Assembly: GCA_004431415.1 (NCBI GenBank)
Contig: QPMI01000331.1
Span: 1 to 56,513 of the forward strand
Length of the DNA: 56,513 nucleotides
Direction: 5' to 3'
Origin: Cyanophora paradoxa CCMP329
Taxonomy: Eukaryota; Plantae; Glaucophyta
How positions within the stretch are numbered: the first letter of the stretch is position 1; the number at the start of each line of letters is the position of its first letter. This document shows positions 22,230 to 34,235 of this stretch, piece after piece. The notes under the pieces are model-generated. The model saw nothing but the letters and a program-made list of their open reading frames with translations, made no database searches and had not been told where the DNA came from. A program made the translations under genes and the position numbers.

Positions 22230-22427
22230 GTGTTTGACTTGGCTCTTGAATTGAGTTATGATCAAGATGGGAACGGCAAGTATGTGAAGGTCGACCGGCC
22301 TGGCGAGGCCTCGACACCTTCGACGTCAACATACTCTGCTCAGTACACTTGCGCAGAATCATTGCAAGTCAACTCTGCCGATGCCAAAAATGTTGACGAT
22401 TCTTTTGTGGAAATCGCGCCTCCAAAA
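22230..22427 (+). mobile_element. Out-of-order Gypsy pre-RT linker fragment
   Basis: LSYDQDGNG...YTCAESLQ resembles LGYDQYGNG...YSCADSVQ at ~27630-27725, which precedes RT there. Confidence 0.65.
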
Positions 22428-22601
22428 CGTGGATGGGCAGAGCCTCTTACAGGTTCTCTGCTGGGCAGGGTGCACCTGCCTAAGGCTAGCGCCTTGTGAA
22501 TGTTCCCCCTGGAAAGTTTTTGTGGGCACCCCACCTTGCTTAAGTGGGCCCGACGGGAATTCAAACTGACCAGCGCTAACAGGGAGTGAACCCAGGAAAC
22601 A
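22428..22601 (-). repeat. Inverted SatB monomer
   Basis: Reverse complement of the 206-bp unit. Confidence 0.9.
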
Positions 22602-23218
22602 CGTTGCGAAGCGTAGTTCCCTTCCCCTTTCGCCATAGCGAATGTACCATGTACGCTAGTGATACCCCGTCCCTCGTGTAGGGGTATGTCATTCAATCAT
22701 ACGCGGATATTACGCGTGTGTGCACGTGCGTCCCGGCACGGCACTGCGCCGTGTGCGGAAGTGGCTTAGAACCCATCGTATTGACTTTAGCAGCTTCTTT
22801 TCAGCTGGGCTGCCGCCGGAAGCCATTGTATTTCGTGGCAGCGGTGGAATGTTCGACGCAAAGTGTTCGACACAGCGGTCTCACAGCGTCTGCGCATCGT
22901 TCTTCTGATTGCGTATACGCTTACAGTGCATTCTGCAGCGATTTGCGCACAGCGACCTTTCGTTGTCGATTCCGCCATTCTGCGGAGAACATAAGCTTGT
23001 TGCATCACAATTCGCTCATGGATCTCATTTTCGAAGCTGTGTGCGCTCTTGGCCGGCTGGCCGAGGTCGTTTGCTTGTGATACCTCCGCTTTCCGTGGAA
23101 TCCCGCGAGTTTCCGGAGTTGTCTCTTTTCTCTCCTTTTGGAATCTCTCTTAATCTCTCTTTCTTTCTTTTGGAACGATCTGAAATGTTTTCTTGAACAC
23201 TGGCCTCGTCAAGCAACA
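22602..23218 (+). mobile_element. Probable solo/isolated LTR (~617 bp) of Gypsy family 2/3
   Basis: First ~200 bp match the LTR following a PPT at 45970; termini (C)GTTGC...GCAACA are inverted; no TSD or PBS seen. Confidence 0.65.
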
Positions 23219-23341
23219 CTATTCGAGCAGTGTACCGTCGTAGGCTTGGGCCCTTCCTCAGGACCTTAGTTAACGACTGTATTAATAAAGCTATCCTGCT
23301 CTCCGCACAGGCAGGAAGCCTGGCCGACGAGGACAACGTTT

Positions 23342-25080
23342 CTCCCTCTTAGCCCTGGTCAGTTTGAATTCCCGTCGGGCCCACAAAAGCAAGGTCAGGT
23401 GCACACAAAACCTTTCCAGGGGGAACATGCACAAGGCGCTAGCCTTAGGCAGGTGCACCCTGCCCAGCAGAGGACCTGTACGAGGCTCTGCCCATCCAAG
23501 TGGGATCCCTGCCGAGTGTTTGGGGACTTGAATGTTTCCCTGGTTCACTCCCTCTTAGCCCTGGTCAGTTTGAATTCCCGTCGGGCCCACAAAAGCAAGG
23601 TCAGGTGCACACAAAACCTTTCCAGGGGGAACATGCACAAGGCGCTAGCCTTAGGCAGGTGCACCCTGCCCAGCAGAGGCCCTGTACGAGGCTCTGCCCT
23701 TCCAAGTGGGAGCCCCCCAGTGTTTGGGGACTTGAATGTTTCCTGGGTTCACTCCCTCTTAGCCCTGGTCAGTTTGAATTCCCGTCGGGCCCACAAAAGC
23801 GAGGTCAGGTGCACACAAAACCTTTCCAGGGGGAACATGCACAAGGCGCTAGCCTTAGGCAGGTGCACCCTGCCCAGCAGAGGCCCTGTAAGAGGCTCTG
23901 CCCTTCCAAGTGGGAGCCCCCCAGTGTTTGGGGACTTGAATGTTTCCTGGGTTCACTCCCTGTTAGCCCTGGTCAGTTTGAATTCCCGTCGGGCCCACAA
24001 AAGCAAGGTCAGGTGCAGACAAAACCTTTCCAGGGGGGACATGCACAAGGCGCTAGCCTTAGGCAGGTGCACCCTGCCCAGCAGAGGACCTGTAAAAGGC
24101 TCTGCCCATCCAAGTGGGATCCCTGCCAAGTGTTTGGGGACTTGAATGTTTCCCTGGTTCACTCCCTCTTAGCGCTGGTCAGTTTGAATTCCCGTTGGGC
24201 CCACAAAAGCAAGGTCAGGTGCACACAAAACCTTTCCAGGGGGAACATGCACAAGGCGCTAGCCTTAGGCAGGTGCACCCTGCCCAGCAGAGGACCTGTA
24301 AGAGGCTCTGCCCATCCAAGTGGGATCCCTGCCGAGTGTTTGGGGACTTGAATGTTTCCCTGGTTTACTCCCTCTTAGCCCTGGTCAGTTTGAATTCCCG
24401 TCGGGCCCTCAAAAGCGAGGTCAGGTGCACACAAAACCTTTCCAGGGGAACCATGCACAAGGCGCTAGCCTTAGGCAGGTGCACCCTGCCCAGCAGAGGA
24501 CCTGTAAGAGGCTCTGCCCATCCAAGTGGGATCCCTGCCGAGTGTTTGGGGACTTGAATGTTTCCTGGGTTCACTCCCTCTTAGCCCTGGTCAGTTTGAA
24601 TTCCCGTCGGGCCCTCAAAAGCGAGGTCAGGTGCACACAAAACCTTTCCAGGGGAACCATGCACAAGGCGCTAGCCTTTGGCAGGTGCACCCTGCCCAGC
24701 AGAGGACCTGTAAGAGGCTCTGCCCATCCAAGTGGGATCCCTGCCGAGTGTTTGGGGACTTGAATGTTTCCTGGGTTCACTCCCTCTTAGCCCTGGTCAG
24801 TTTGAATTCCCGTTGGGCCCACAATAGCGAGGTCAGGTGCACACAAAACCTTTCCAGGGGGAGCATGCACAAGGCGCTTGCCTTAGGCAGGTGCACCCTG
24901 CCCAGCAGAGGCCCTGTAAGAGGCTCTGCCCTTCCAAGTGGGAGCCCCCCCAGTGTTTGGGGACTTGAATGTTTCCCTGGTTTACTCCCTCTTAGCGCTG
25001 GTCAGTTTGAATTCCCGTCGGGCCCACAAAAGCAAGGTCAGGTGCACACAAAACCTTTCCAGGGGGAACATGCACAAGGC
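23342..25080 (+). repeat. Satellite B array, ~206-bp monomer, ~8.5 copies
   Basis: CTCCCTCTTAGCC at 23342 and 23548 (period 206). Confidence 0.97.
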
Positions 25081-25749
25081 ACACCAGGTTCAATTTTAAC
25101 CTCCCTTGCAACCTCCAGAATATGAACGTGCTCCTTGGACACTCGGCGAGTGCTGGACTCGTCCGAGGGGTCAGATTCTGGTGTCTCCGGCGACAGAGAA
25201 CTCGGCTGCGTAGAGGTGCCAGGTAAGAAAGAGAGAATTCCACACTTAACTGGCTTGTCTGGGTGCTTGGCGAAGACCACAAATCGGTTGTCAGTGTCCT
25301 TTTTGCAATAGGTGACTCCATTATCAGAAAAGAAATCTTGGCCTAAGATGCCATCGAATGCGTATCCCGGGAAATCAACCACAAGAAAAGGAAAACTCCG
25401 GGTGAGGGGCCCAATAGTAGCAGCCACATGAACCTCACCAGGAACAGCCACCAGTGCAGAATTCGGGAGCTTGACAGAAGGAGTGTGAATAGTTCTAAAC
25501 ACCTTATTTTGAAGTCCAAAAGAAGAGATAGTAGAAGAAAGAATGAAAGAGACATCTGCCCCGCTGTCAAGAAGGAATTTGTGATGTTTGCCCAAGGACC
25601 GGAGCGAGGCTGGCCGCCGGCGGGAGGATGGGAGGAAAAGAAAAGAAAACAGACCAAGAGTGGAGACACCATGCCGGAGACCCAGTTTCCTGCGAGGAAG
25701 GTGTGGCATGAGAGGGTCGAGTTGGGGAGGCGGGCGGTGTGCAGGCGGA
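25081..25749 (-). mobile_element. Gypsy protease fragment inserted in SatB
   Basis: FLLDSGADVS...FDGILGQDFF in ORF 25038..25787; flanked by 17-bp direct repeat GGGAACATGCACAAGGC. Confidence 0.88.
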
Positions 25750-26831
25750 GGGAACATGCACAAGGCGCTAGCCTTCGGCAGGTGCACCCTGCCCAGCAGA
25801 GGCCCTGTACGAGGCTCTGCCCTTCCAAGTGGGATCCCTCGAGTGTTTGGGGACTTGAATGTTTCCTGGGTTCACTCCCTCTTAGCCCTGGTCAGTTTGA
25901 ATTCCCGTTGGGCCCACAATAGCGAGGTCAGGTGCACACAAAACCTTTCCAGGGGGAGCATGCACAAGGCGCTAGCCTTATGCAGGTGCACCCTGCCCAG
26001 CAGAGGACCTGTAGAGGCTCTGCCCATCCAAGTGGGATCCCTGCCGAGTGTTTGGGGACCCAAGTTGGGCTCACAGCAGGAGGTCAGGTGCAGTCACCCA
26101 GTCAAGAGGCTGCAGGTTTCCGATCTGCCACAAAATAGAAGAAAGATGCACCCCAAATCTTTCTGGGGGAATATGCACAAGGCGCTAGCCTTAGGCAGAT
26201 GAACCCACCCACCAGCAAGTCACTCAGTCGAAGGCCCCAGGTTTTCAATCTGCCACAAAATAGAAGAAAGATGCACCCCAAATCTCTCTGGGGGAATATG
26301 CACAAGGCGCTAGCCTTAGGCAGATGACCCACCCACCACCAAGTCACCCAGTCGGAGGCCCCAGGTTTCCGATTTGCCACAAAATAGAAGAAAGATACGC
26401 TTCACATCTCTCTGGGGGAATATGCACAAGGCGCTAGCCTTAGGCAGATGACCCACCCACCAGCAAGTCACTCAGTCGAAGGACCCAGGTCCAGGATCTG
26501 TGACAAAATCAAAGAGAGATGCACCCCAAATCTCTCTGGGGGAATATGCACAAGGCTCTAGCCTTAGGCAAATGACCCACCCGCCAGCAAGTCACTCAGT
26601 TGAAGGCCCCAGGTTTCCGATCCGCCACAAAATAGAAGAAAGATGCACTTCAAATTTCTCTGGGGGAATATGCACAAGGCGCTAGCCTTAGGCAGATGAC
26701 CCACCCACCAGCAAGTCACTCAGTCAAAGGCCCCAGGTTTCCAATCTGCCAGAAAAAAGAAGAAAGATGCACCCCAAATCTCTCTGGGGGAATATGCACA
26801 AGGCGCTAGCCTTAGGCAGATGACCCACCCA
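25750..26831 (+). repeat. SatB (to ~26060) grading directly into SatA (~26085-26831)
   Basis: Monomer sequences visible; same orientation of the shared core. Confidence 0.92.
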
Positions 26832-26834
26832 CTC

Positions 26835-28765
26835 GGTCTGTGGTTGATGTGTTGATCAATGGGTATCCTTTGAAGTTCCTACTTGATAGCGGAGCGGACC
26901 TGTCCATCATCGTATCCTCTGCTGTCAGCAAGTTGGGCCTACAAGACAAAGTCAGGAAGTGGACATGTACACCACAGATTAAACTTCCTGACCAGCGTAT
27001 GTACCAGCCTGGTGAACTTCATGTTACAGCAAGGATTGGTCCTTTTGAAGGACCCGTTCCATTGCTGGTGGTCGACTTCCCTGGATACTGTTTTGATGGT
27101 ATTCTTGGGCAGGATTTCATCAGCACCCATGGAGCAACTTATGATTGTAAGGATGAAGCTTATCCTCTCTGCTTTTCCAGAAGAGCCGATTCATCTGAAG
27201 AAGTTGAATCTCTTTGACAACAGTGCATCGACAGAAAAGGCACAAGACTGTGTTCCTCGTCAGGAATCTAGCAATTGCGAGGTTTCCTTGGAACCGCATG
27301 GACATGTGCTTGTTCTGGACGATGATGTTGAAGTTGCTGCTGGCGAACAGAGGAAAGTCGTGCTACGTGCGCTCCGATTTGTCGCAGATGGCGAAGGCTA
27401 CGTTGAGAATTATTGTCATTCTTCTACGAGTCCCGAAATACGGGTTGTCAACAGCTTGGTCGTGTGCCGCGGCGGACGGCTGTATACGCAGGTGGTGAAT
27501 CTCAGCAATCGCTTTGATTCGCCTCCAGTCGTGCTGCGCAGAGGAACGAAGATTGCTTGTTTCATCCCACGCATTGTCGGTGGGAAAACGCAGCAATTGT
27601 TCCCGGAAGTGTACGACTGCGGAGTTGTCTTAGGCTACGATCAATACGGAAATGGATCTTTTATACCAGATGCTTCTGATTCTAAAAGCAAAGGTGAGCC
27701 TTACAGTTGTGCGGATTCCGTCCAGGCACAGATGGCCCCAAGTTGTGTCACCACCCTCATACTCGGTTGAGAACCCCTTCTCCAACGATGCTTCTAAATA
27801 TTCTCGGTTTCACGGCGTCCCCATTTCGCAAATTCATGATATTATTTATCAAGAGATTGAACAGCGGTACGGCCCTGAAGTTGCCTCATTGTTGCGAGAA
27901 ATTAAAAAGATTGGAGATGAGAACAGCGGTACGGCCCTGAAGTTGCCTCATTGTTGCGAGAAATTAAAAAGATTGGAGATGAGAAAGAAGATCCTGAGAA
28001 ATATGCTGCTATGCATGATTTTATGCTTGGAAACCTTTCTGCTGCTAAACCCAGCATTCCTGATTACAGTCCTCTTGACCCTCACCCTCCTATTAAGCAT
28101 AATATCAATACTGGAGATGCCAAGCCTATTGCTCAGCCCCCACGGCGACATTCCCAACATGAGAACGACTTGATAATTAATGAGACCAGGAAGTTGTTGG
28201 AACGCAATTTTATCCGGCCTTCTTGGTCACCTTGGGCGGCTCCAGTTGTGCTTGTGAGGAAGAAGGATGGAACTCTTCGCTTCTGCATTGACTATAGGAA
28301 GCTGAATGCTGTTACGATTGATGATGCATACCCCCTTCCCAGAATTGATGATGCCCTCGAAGCAATGGGAAATTCTCTTTACATTTCTCCTATGGATTGC
28401 CCTGATGGATATTGGAATGTTGAGATGGCAGAGGAGGATAAACCCAAGACTGCCTTCCGTACTCCCCTTGGACTTTTTGAGTGGAATGTTATGCCACAAG
28501 GGCTGAAAACGGCCCCTGCCACGTTCCAAATGCTCATGAACAGTGTGCTTGGCACTTATGCTTTCATCTTCGTGCTAATGTATTTGGATGATGTTTGTGT
28601 TTTCAGCAAGTCGTTTGAACAGCATCTCAAGGATCTGCAATGGACGTCTGATGCCATGAAAAAGGCATACCTTTTCTTCAAGCCAAAGAAATCTTTGTTC
28701 TTCCAATGGAAGGCTGAATACCTTGGATTTGAGGTCACCAGGGAAGGTCTTCGTCCTTCCAAGGC
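26835..28765 (+). mobile_element. pol: Gypsy (family 2) protease-RT fragment, frameshifted, with a 62-bp tandem duplication
   Basis: LLDSGAD, ILGQDF, RFCIDYRKLN, YLDD; GAACAGCGGTACGG at 27859 and 27921. Confidence 0.92.
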
Positions 28766-29019
28766 CACACAATTGGCACCAATACCCAGACTCCCCACCA
28801 AGCATCCAACCAGACGTGACCATTAATGACCTAGTGGACAAATATGCCAACAAGGTACGAGAGGAAGGGCAAGGCTACCTTCCAGCCCCGATGTTCCTTC
28901 CAGGAGGATTCTCGGTAGAACTGTTTATGATCCAACGGGACCCACCAGGAACCAACTACGACCAGTACGCCGCGTGGCGCTGGGGAGCATATCAGATGAG
29001 AGCACTACAAGTAGAAGGT

Positions 29020-29192
29020 TTTGGGGCCTTCGACTGAGTGTCTTGCTGGTGGGTGGGTCATCTGCCTAAGGCTAGCGCCTTGTGCATGTTCCCCCTAGAA
29101 AGGTTTTGTGTGCACCTGACCTTGCTGTTGTGTGCATGTTCCCCCTGGAAAGTTTCTGTGTCTGTGACAAAGTAGAAGAAAGATGCACCCGA
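29020..29192. repeat. Scrambled SatA/SatB core pieces in both orientations
   Basis: Inverted SatA half joined through the core to SatB-type sequence, repeated core, then forward SatA piece. Confidence 0.8.
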
Positions 29193-29390
29193 AGTACTCT
29201 TCAGCACAACTCGCTCTGTAGTAAGAAAAGGCGACGTCCGAGGCGGCACTGCCCCTCTGGGGCAGGAAGTCCTGTCTGTGGGAGTCCCGGCAGGGTTGGG
29301 GGGATTTTTGTGGATTGAGAGTGTGAGAGAAGATATGGTGGTTCGCTTGCGCGGCAAGATGGGACGCAAGGTCCGAACAAACTCTTTCCT
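29193..29390 (-). mobile_element. Gypsy 3' UTR/PPT/LTR-start fragment
   Basis: 29195-29239 is the reverse complement of GGACGTCGCCTTTTCTTACTACAGAGCGAGTTG(A/T)GCTGAAG at ~45280-45320. Confidence 0.6.
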
Positions 29391-29452
29391 GCTAGCGCCT
29401 TGTCCCCCTCTTATCTTTATAAACATGTAAGCTCACTAATGAATTCTGAAAT

Positions 29453-31497
29453 TTAACATGTCAGCGCCTTTATGAATGAAATCAAAAAACCAGAAACTCT
29501 TATGTTCTGGTGTTTTATATCAACGAGAACTTGAAATGAATCTGGCAGCTGTGTTACACAACTGTTACCAGTGCCTGATAGAAGGTCTGCAAGAGTACGT
29601 GCAAACATTGACATAGGGTTCAGAAAAGGCTTTAAGTGCTCAACGACAGTATGCATGTGGTTGAGCTCTCTCAAAATACATTCACATGCATGGTGGACAT
29701 CTTGAAGAAATTTGATGAGCTCAACTCTATCTGAAAGAGGAAGCCTGCACTTGCCAGGGTTGTCATGAGTTTGAATTGAAGCTGCAAATTGAATGGTGTA
29801 CTTGCTTTCTGTTGGAAGCTTCCTGTAGATCAGCTCTTGGGAGGTTTGAGAAAAATATCACACATACCAGGTACACCAGTCTGTCATATATGGTAAGGTC
29901 AGTCGAGCAATGCCCACATGAAACAGGAATGTGACTTCCAGATATTGGCTCCAGAAGACCAAGAACAAGCTGGAGATGCTCTGTGGACTTAGCAAAGGAC
30001 TTCCCTGCAATTACTTGTAAAACACGCTGCCAAGATACCAAAGCTTCGCTTTGATCCCAATCATTCAAAATATCACACAACGTCATCGAAATGCTCTCAT
30101 TCAACAATCTTGCACTCTGAGTGAGAATTGTTAATAAAATAAAAAACGTGAGAGGACCGACTTACCAGGAGTTGGACTCTGGGCCAAATGCGATAGAAAA
30201 GATTTTCTTCAGTGACGAGCTCAGTCCTGTGGGAAAGTGGAGTCATAAGAAAGCAAATTCTGTGCATACGGTTGATATACCACATGCAGGCTTCCGCCCC
30301 TACCACATTGAGTGTATCTGAGGAAGTTGATCAGTCATATCTGTGGCAGGTTCCCCTCCTGTAGTGCATACTGGTGGACAGTTCGACTTCAAGCAGCTCC
30401 TTGGAAGAAACCAGATGGTCAAGATACAATCCATGCGATTGCACCAGGTATCCTCTTGATTTTTGTGCGATGTCTATCGTGTTTGGAAGTTCACGCCATG
30501 CTTGAGTTAAAAACTTTGGTGCATTCTCTGGCATCAAATGAATGACTTCGTCCCAAAACATTGCCTTGCGCCCTAAGGATCCAAGTAGATCGAGCCCCCA
30601 GTGGACTGTTTCACGCAGAATTACATGGCTCTGCCTGATATTGAGTTTTAGACGAACCAGACCTCCCACACAGCACAGAAAAACACACCGCTCCCTGCAC
30701 GATACTTCGTCCCCCCCAAGATGAAGGTACTTAGCAGGGAATATTGAAAGTAACGTCTCAATTACTTTCTTCAAGACGTGACGAGTGTGAAGTTTGCTTG
30801 CATCGATGCAATCATGGTGAGGGCCGTATTGGCGCTTCAACTGAGCGTTGAAATTTCCAAGTTGCGAGTCTCTGAGCAAATGTTAGTGGCAACGCAACCT
30901 ACTAAAATCACGAACCCTTCAAGAATTGCAGATGTGTGACCTGGAATGTCAAGCTCAGGAATCTGCCACAAATTAAAGAGGGAACAACCAATCACAAAAG
31001 GGAAGTTAAATTAATCTACCACATGAATCCCACTCCTATTAGCGTAGTCAACCACTTGCATGAGATCAGTGACTGAGTAGCTAAGGGAATCGAAACTTCG
31101 ATTCAGATGGAGCAAGCCGGGAATTTGAATCCGAAAAGCCTTCGAGGAAGTTACTGAAAATCCAAAAGCCTTCGCGGAAGGAAATGAAAAGCTTGCGTAC
31201 CTGATCGTCACTTAAATGTAAATGCAAGACATTCAACCGCGCTTCACGCAATACATCAATTACTTTCAGTAACGTGGGAATGCTGAAAAAATGCCGAGAT
31301 ACATCAAGCAACAAGCCTCGCCATTGATGCAAATCGACGATATCATCCAGTGATAGAATGGATGTAGCAGGTGAGCTTGGCTTACGCTCAAACTCCGGAA
31401 GGCCAACGGTTGGTCGCTGAGAGAAAAAAACCGAAAAACCGACACCAAACAGGAACAAAATTATAAAAGACCGTAGCACTCGTACTGGCAAATTCAT
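29453..31497 (-). CDS. Beta-N-acetylhexosaminidase, glycoside hydrolase family 20, multi-exon (3' end approximate)
   Basis: WRGLLLDVSRHFFS, NVLHLHLSDDQ, IPELDIPGH, catalytic HLGGDE, VGAEACMW; short GT..AG introns; N-terminal hydrophobic anchor. Confidence 0.9.
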
Positions 31498-31734
31498 CAC
31501 AGGAAAAAGCTCCCCCCAAAATTTCGAGCAAGCGGGGACCCCAATAAAAAAAACGGGGGCGGTCGCACTCCTTCTATATCTTTTTTGTCTGCTTTGAGAT
31601 GCTGGAGACCCCTGTGAGATTTCAATGTACCATTGGGGGGCCGAGAATCACTCGTTCACTGAGGCCCCCATTTGAAGTCAAGGGGCATGAAGTCGGAGGG
31701 GAAAATGCCAATCTAGCCTAATCCATCTGAATCC

Positions 31735-31863
31735 CAAAAACCTTTGTGGAAGGAAATGAAGAGCTTGCATACCTGATCGTCACTCAAGACATTCACCCAC
31801 GCTTCACGCAATACATCAATTACTTTCAGTAACGTGGGAATGCTGAAAAAATGCCGAGATACA
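31735..31863 (-). pseudogene. Partial duplicate of GH20 exon1/intron1
   Basis: Matches ~31170-31303 including intron sequence, with an ~11-bp deletion. Confidence 0.8.
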
Positions 31864-32024
31864 CCAAACACTCTCTCCCCGGAAAGTTTTTGTGTGTGTC
31901 CGGAGGTACACTATTGGTTCACACGCCATGTAAGCCTGAACACTATTGGTTCTATTGGTTCAAGTGCCTGGGCACCACACTATCTTTCCACCCAACACAC
32001 CAACTGACGGTCACGCCCTCTCGG

Positions 32025-32225
32025 CTGCAGCAGGGCTGGGTGCACCTGCCTAAGGCTAGCGCCTTGTGCGTGTTCCCCCTGGAAAGTTTTTGTGTGCACC
32101 TGACTCCCTGATATGGGCCCAACGGGAGTTCTAACTGACCAGGATGATGCAGAAGTGAATCCAGGAAACGTTCAAATCCCTAAACACTCATCCCATTTTG
32201 AATGGGTGAGCCTCTTAACCCTACT
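32025..32225 (-). repeat. Diverged inverted SatB monomer
   Basis: Core nearly intact, flanks diverged. Confidence 0.8.
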
Positions 32226-32232
32226 ACAATTA

Positions 32233-34235
32233 TGGTGGGTATGCTTACATGCAAGCGCAAGGGCTTATGCAGTGGTAGACTTTGGTTTTAATTATCAGAA
32301 CCCAAGATTAACTTCCCCCTACACCTCACATGTACTAGCAGCTGGGGGCTATCACCCCCTCTCCGCTAGTTCTGCGCTACGAAAGGGCGCAAACGATCAA
32401 CATGTGCGACGAAAGGATACTTTGGCCTCGACGGATCCCATAGAAGATAATTAACCGCCGAAGTCCGTTTGAATATCGCATATGGTCCCGTGAATCTCGG
32501 CTGAAAGCCAGACGAAGCCGGATCGCGCAAAAGGACCATGTCGTCAATTTTGAATTCAGTCCAATCATCCTTCGCATTTTCATCCGCAATTTTTGCAGCT
32601 CGTTTGTAATTGATGTAATCGACTTTCTCCATAGCGACAGTCAAGTTTTGCATCATAGAAGAAACGTAATCGGGAATTTTGTCGTAATTCTCCGGAAACA
32701 GAGACAAATCGTACGGCATCACAGGATCGCGACCATACGTCAGAAAGAACGGCAAAATGCCCGTCGTGCAGTTGACGTGACTTAGCACCGCAAACAAGGC
32801 AGGCGAGACGAACTTGTCCCAGTTGTCGTTGTCCTCATTGACGTAGTTGTAGATGATGTTCTTGAGGGTCTGATTGAAGCGCTCGACTTTTCCCGTTGCC
32901 ATGGGCCGGTAGCCAGAATTAAGGGTCGACTTGATGCCGAGTTTTGCCAACAACAGTCTTGTAACATTGCTTGTAAATGCACCGCCTTGGTCGGTGTAGA
33001 TCACGTGTGGTGCACCATGACGGCAGATAATTTGCTCGTAAATCATATTGCAAGCGGCCTTGGCTGACATGGATGGTGTTGCAACAGCCTCCGGATAACC
33101 TGTATATACGCAAATGGCAGTGCAAATGTACCGGTTCCGACGAGATGTAGTCGGAAGAGGTCCAATGAAATCCAGCTCGACAACTTTGAATGGCCGAGAA
33201 GCAGGAACCATTTGCTGAGGAGCTGGAGAGGGACCAGTTAATGGTTTGCGGAATTGGCACTTCTGGCACTGCTCCACGTTTTTCTTGACATGTTCAGCCA
33301 TTGTTTTCCAGTAGTATTTCTTGCGAAGATCGCCCAGAACCTTGTTAACTCCAAGGTGACCAGACAGAGGGCTGTCATGTGCCTCACGGATCAAATCCAG
33401 AGACATGGACAAAGGGATGACCATGTGTATCCTCCCGTGCGAAGGTGCAAAAAGGAGGATGCCATTCTTATCCAGCGTGTAGAATTCAGAAATTTTGTTG
33501 ACTTGGTCATCAGTGCTGGGATGGCCTTGCAACACATTAATAATAGCCTTGCAGAAACTGTCAGAACGTTGAGCCTCAAATAGAACAGAGAATTTGTCAT
33601 CGTGCATTAGAATTTCCAAGCTCGAGATTTCCTTCAAGTCGTCTACGTGTTCAACAGGGTACCTAGAAGGTCCATCTGCTCGATTGACAATTCCCCTTCT
33701 GTATTTAATGTCCAAATTGTACTGTTGAATAAGTGTTGCCCAACGTGCCAATTTCCCCTTGTCAGGCTTGAAGTTGAGAAGCCATTCGAGGGCTTTGCAA
33801 TCTGTATACAATGTAAATTTTGGAGCTCCTTTCAAATAATGGTCCCACTTGTGTAGACAATCAACCACTGTCGCACATTCAGCTTCAGTAGCCGGCATAT
33901 TCTTTTCCGAATTCTACCATTTCCTGCTGTAGAAATAAACTGGCTTGAGTATTCCATCATGCTCTTGTGACAATATTCCACCAATGCCTCTATCACTAGC
34001 ATCAGTTTCTAAAACGAAAGCTTTATTAAAATCTGGATAATGCAACATTGTTGCTGCTAATAAATCATTTTTGATTTTGTCAAAAGCTGACTGGTGAGCT
34101 GAAGTCCATTTCCAAGTAACATCTTTTTGAGTGAGATCATAAAGAATGGATGTGGATCCTGTAATAGTTGCATGTTCCAAGAAAAGATCGCATACTCGAA
34201 GCATTTGTTGGCAGAGGAAATTCTTTGATGGCCCC
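32233..34235 (-). mobile_element. pol: Gypsy family 1b: 3' half (RT end, RH, IN, PPT, ~122-bp LTR)
   Basis: ORFs 33914..34252 and 32366..33898 are close homologues of family-1 pol, with one stop and one small deletion; PPT GGAGAGGGGG (32355-32364); LTR TGATAG (32354)...CCACCA (32233, inferred). Confidence 0.9.
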
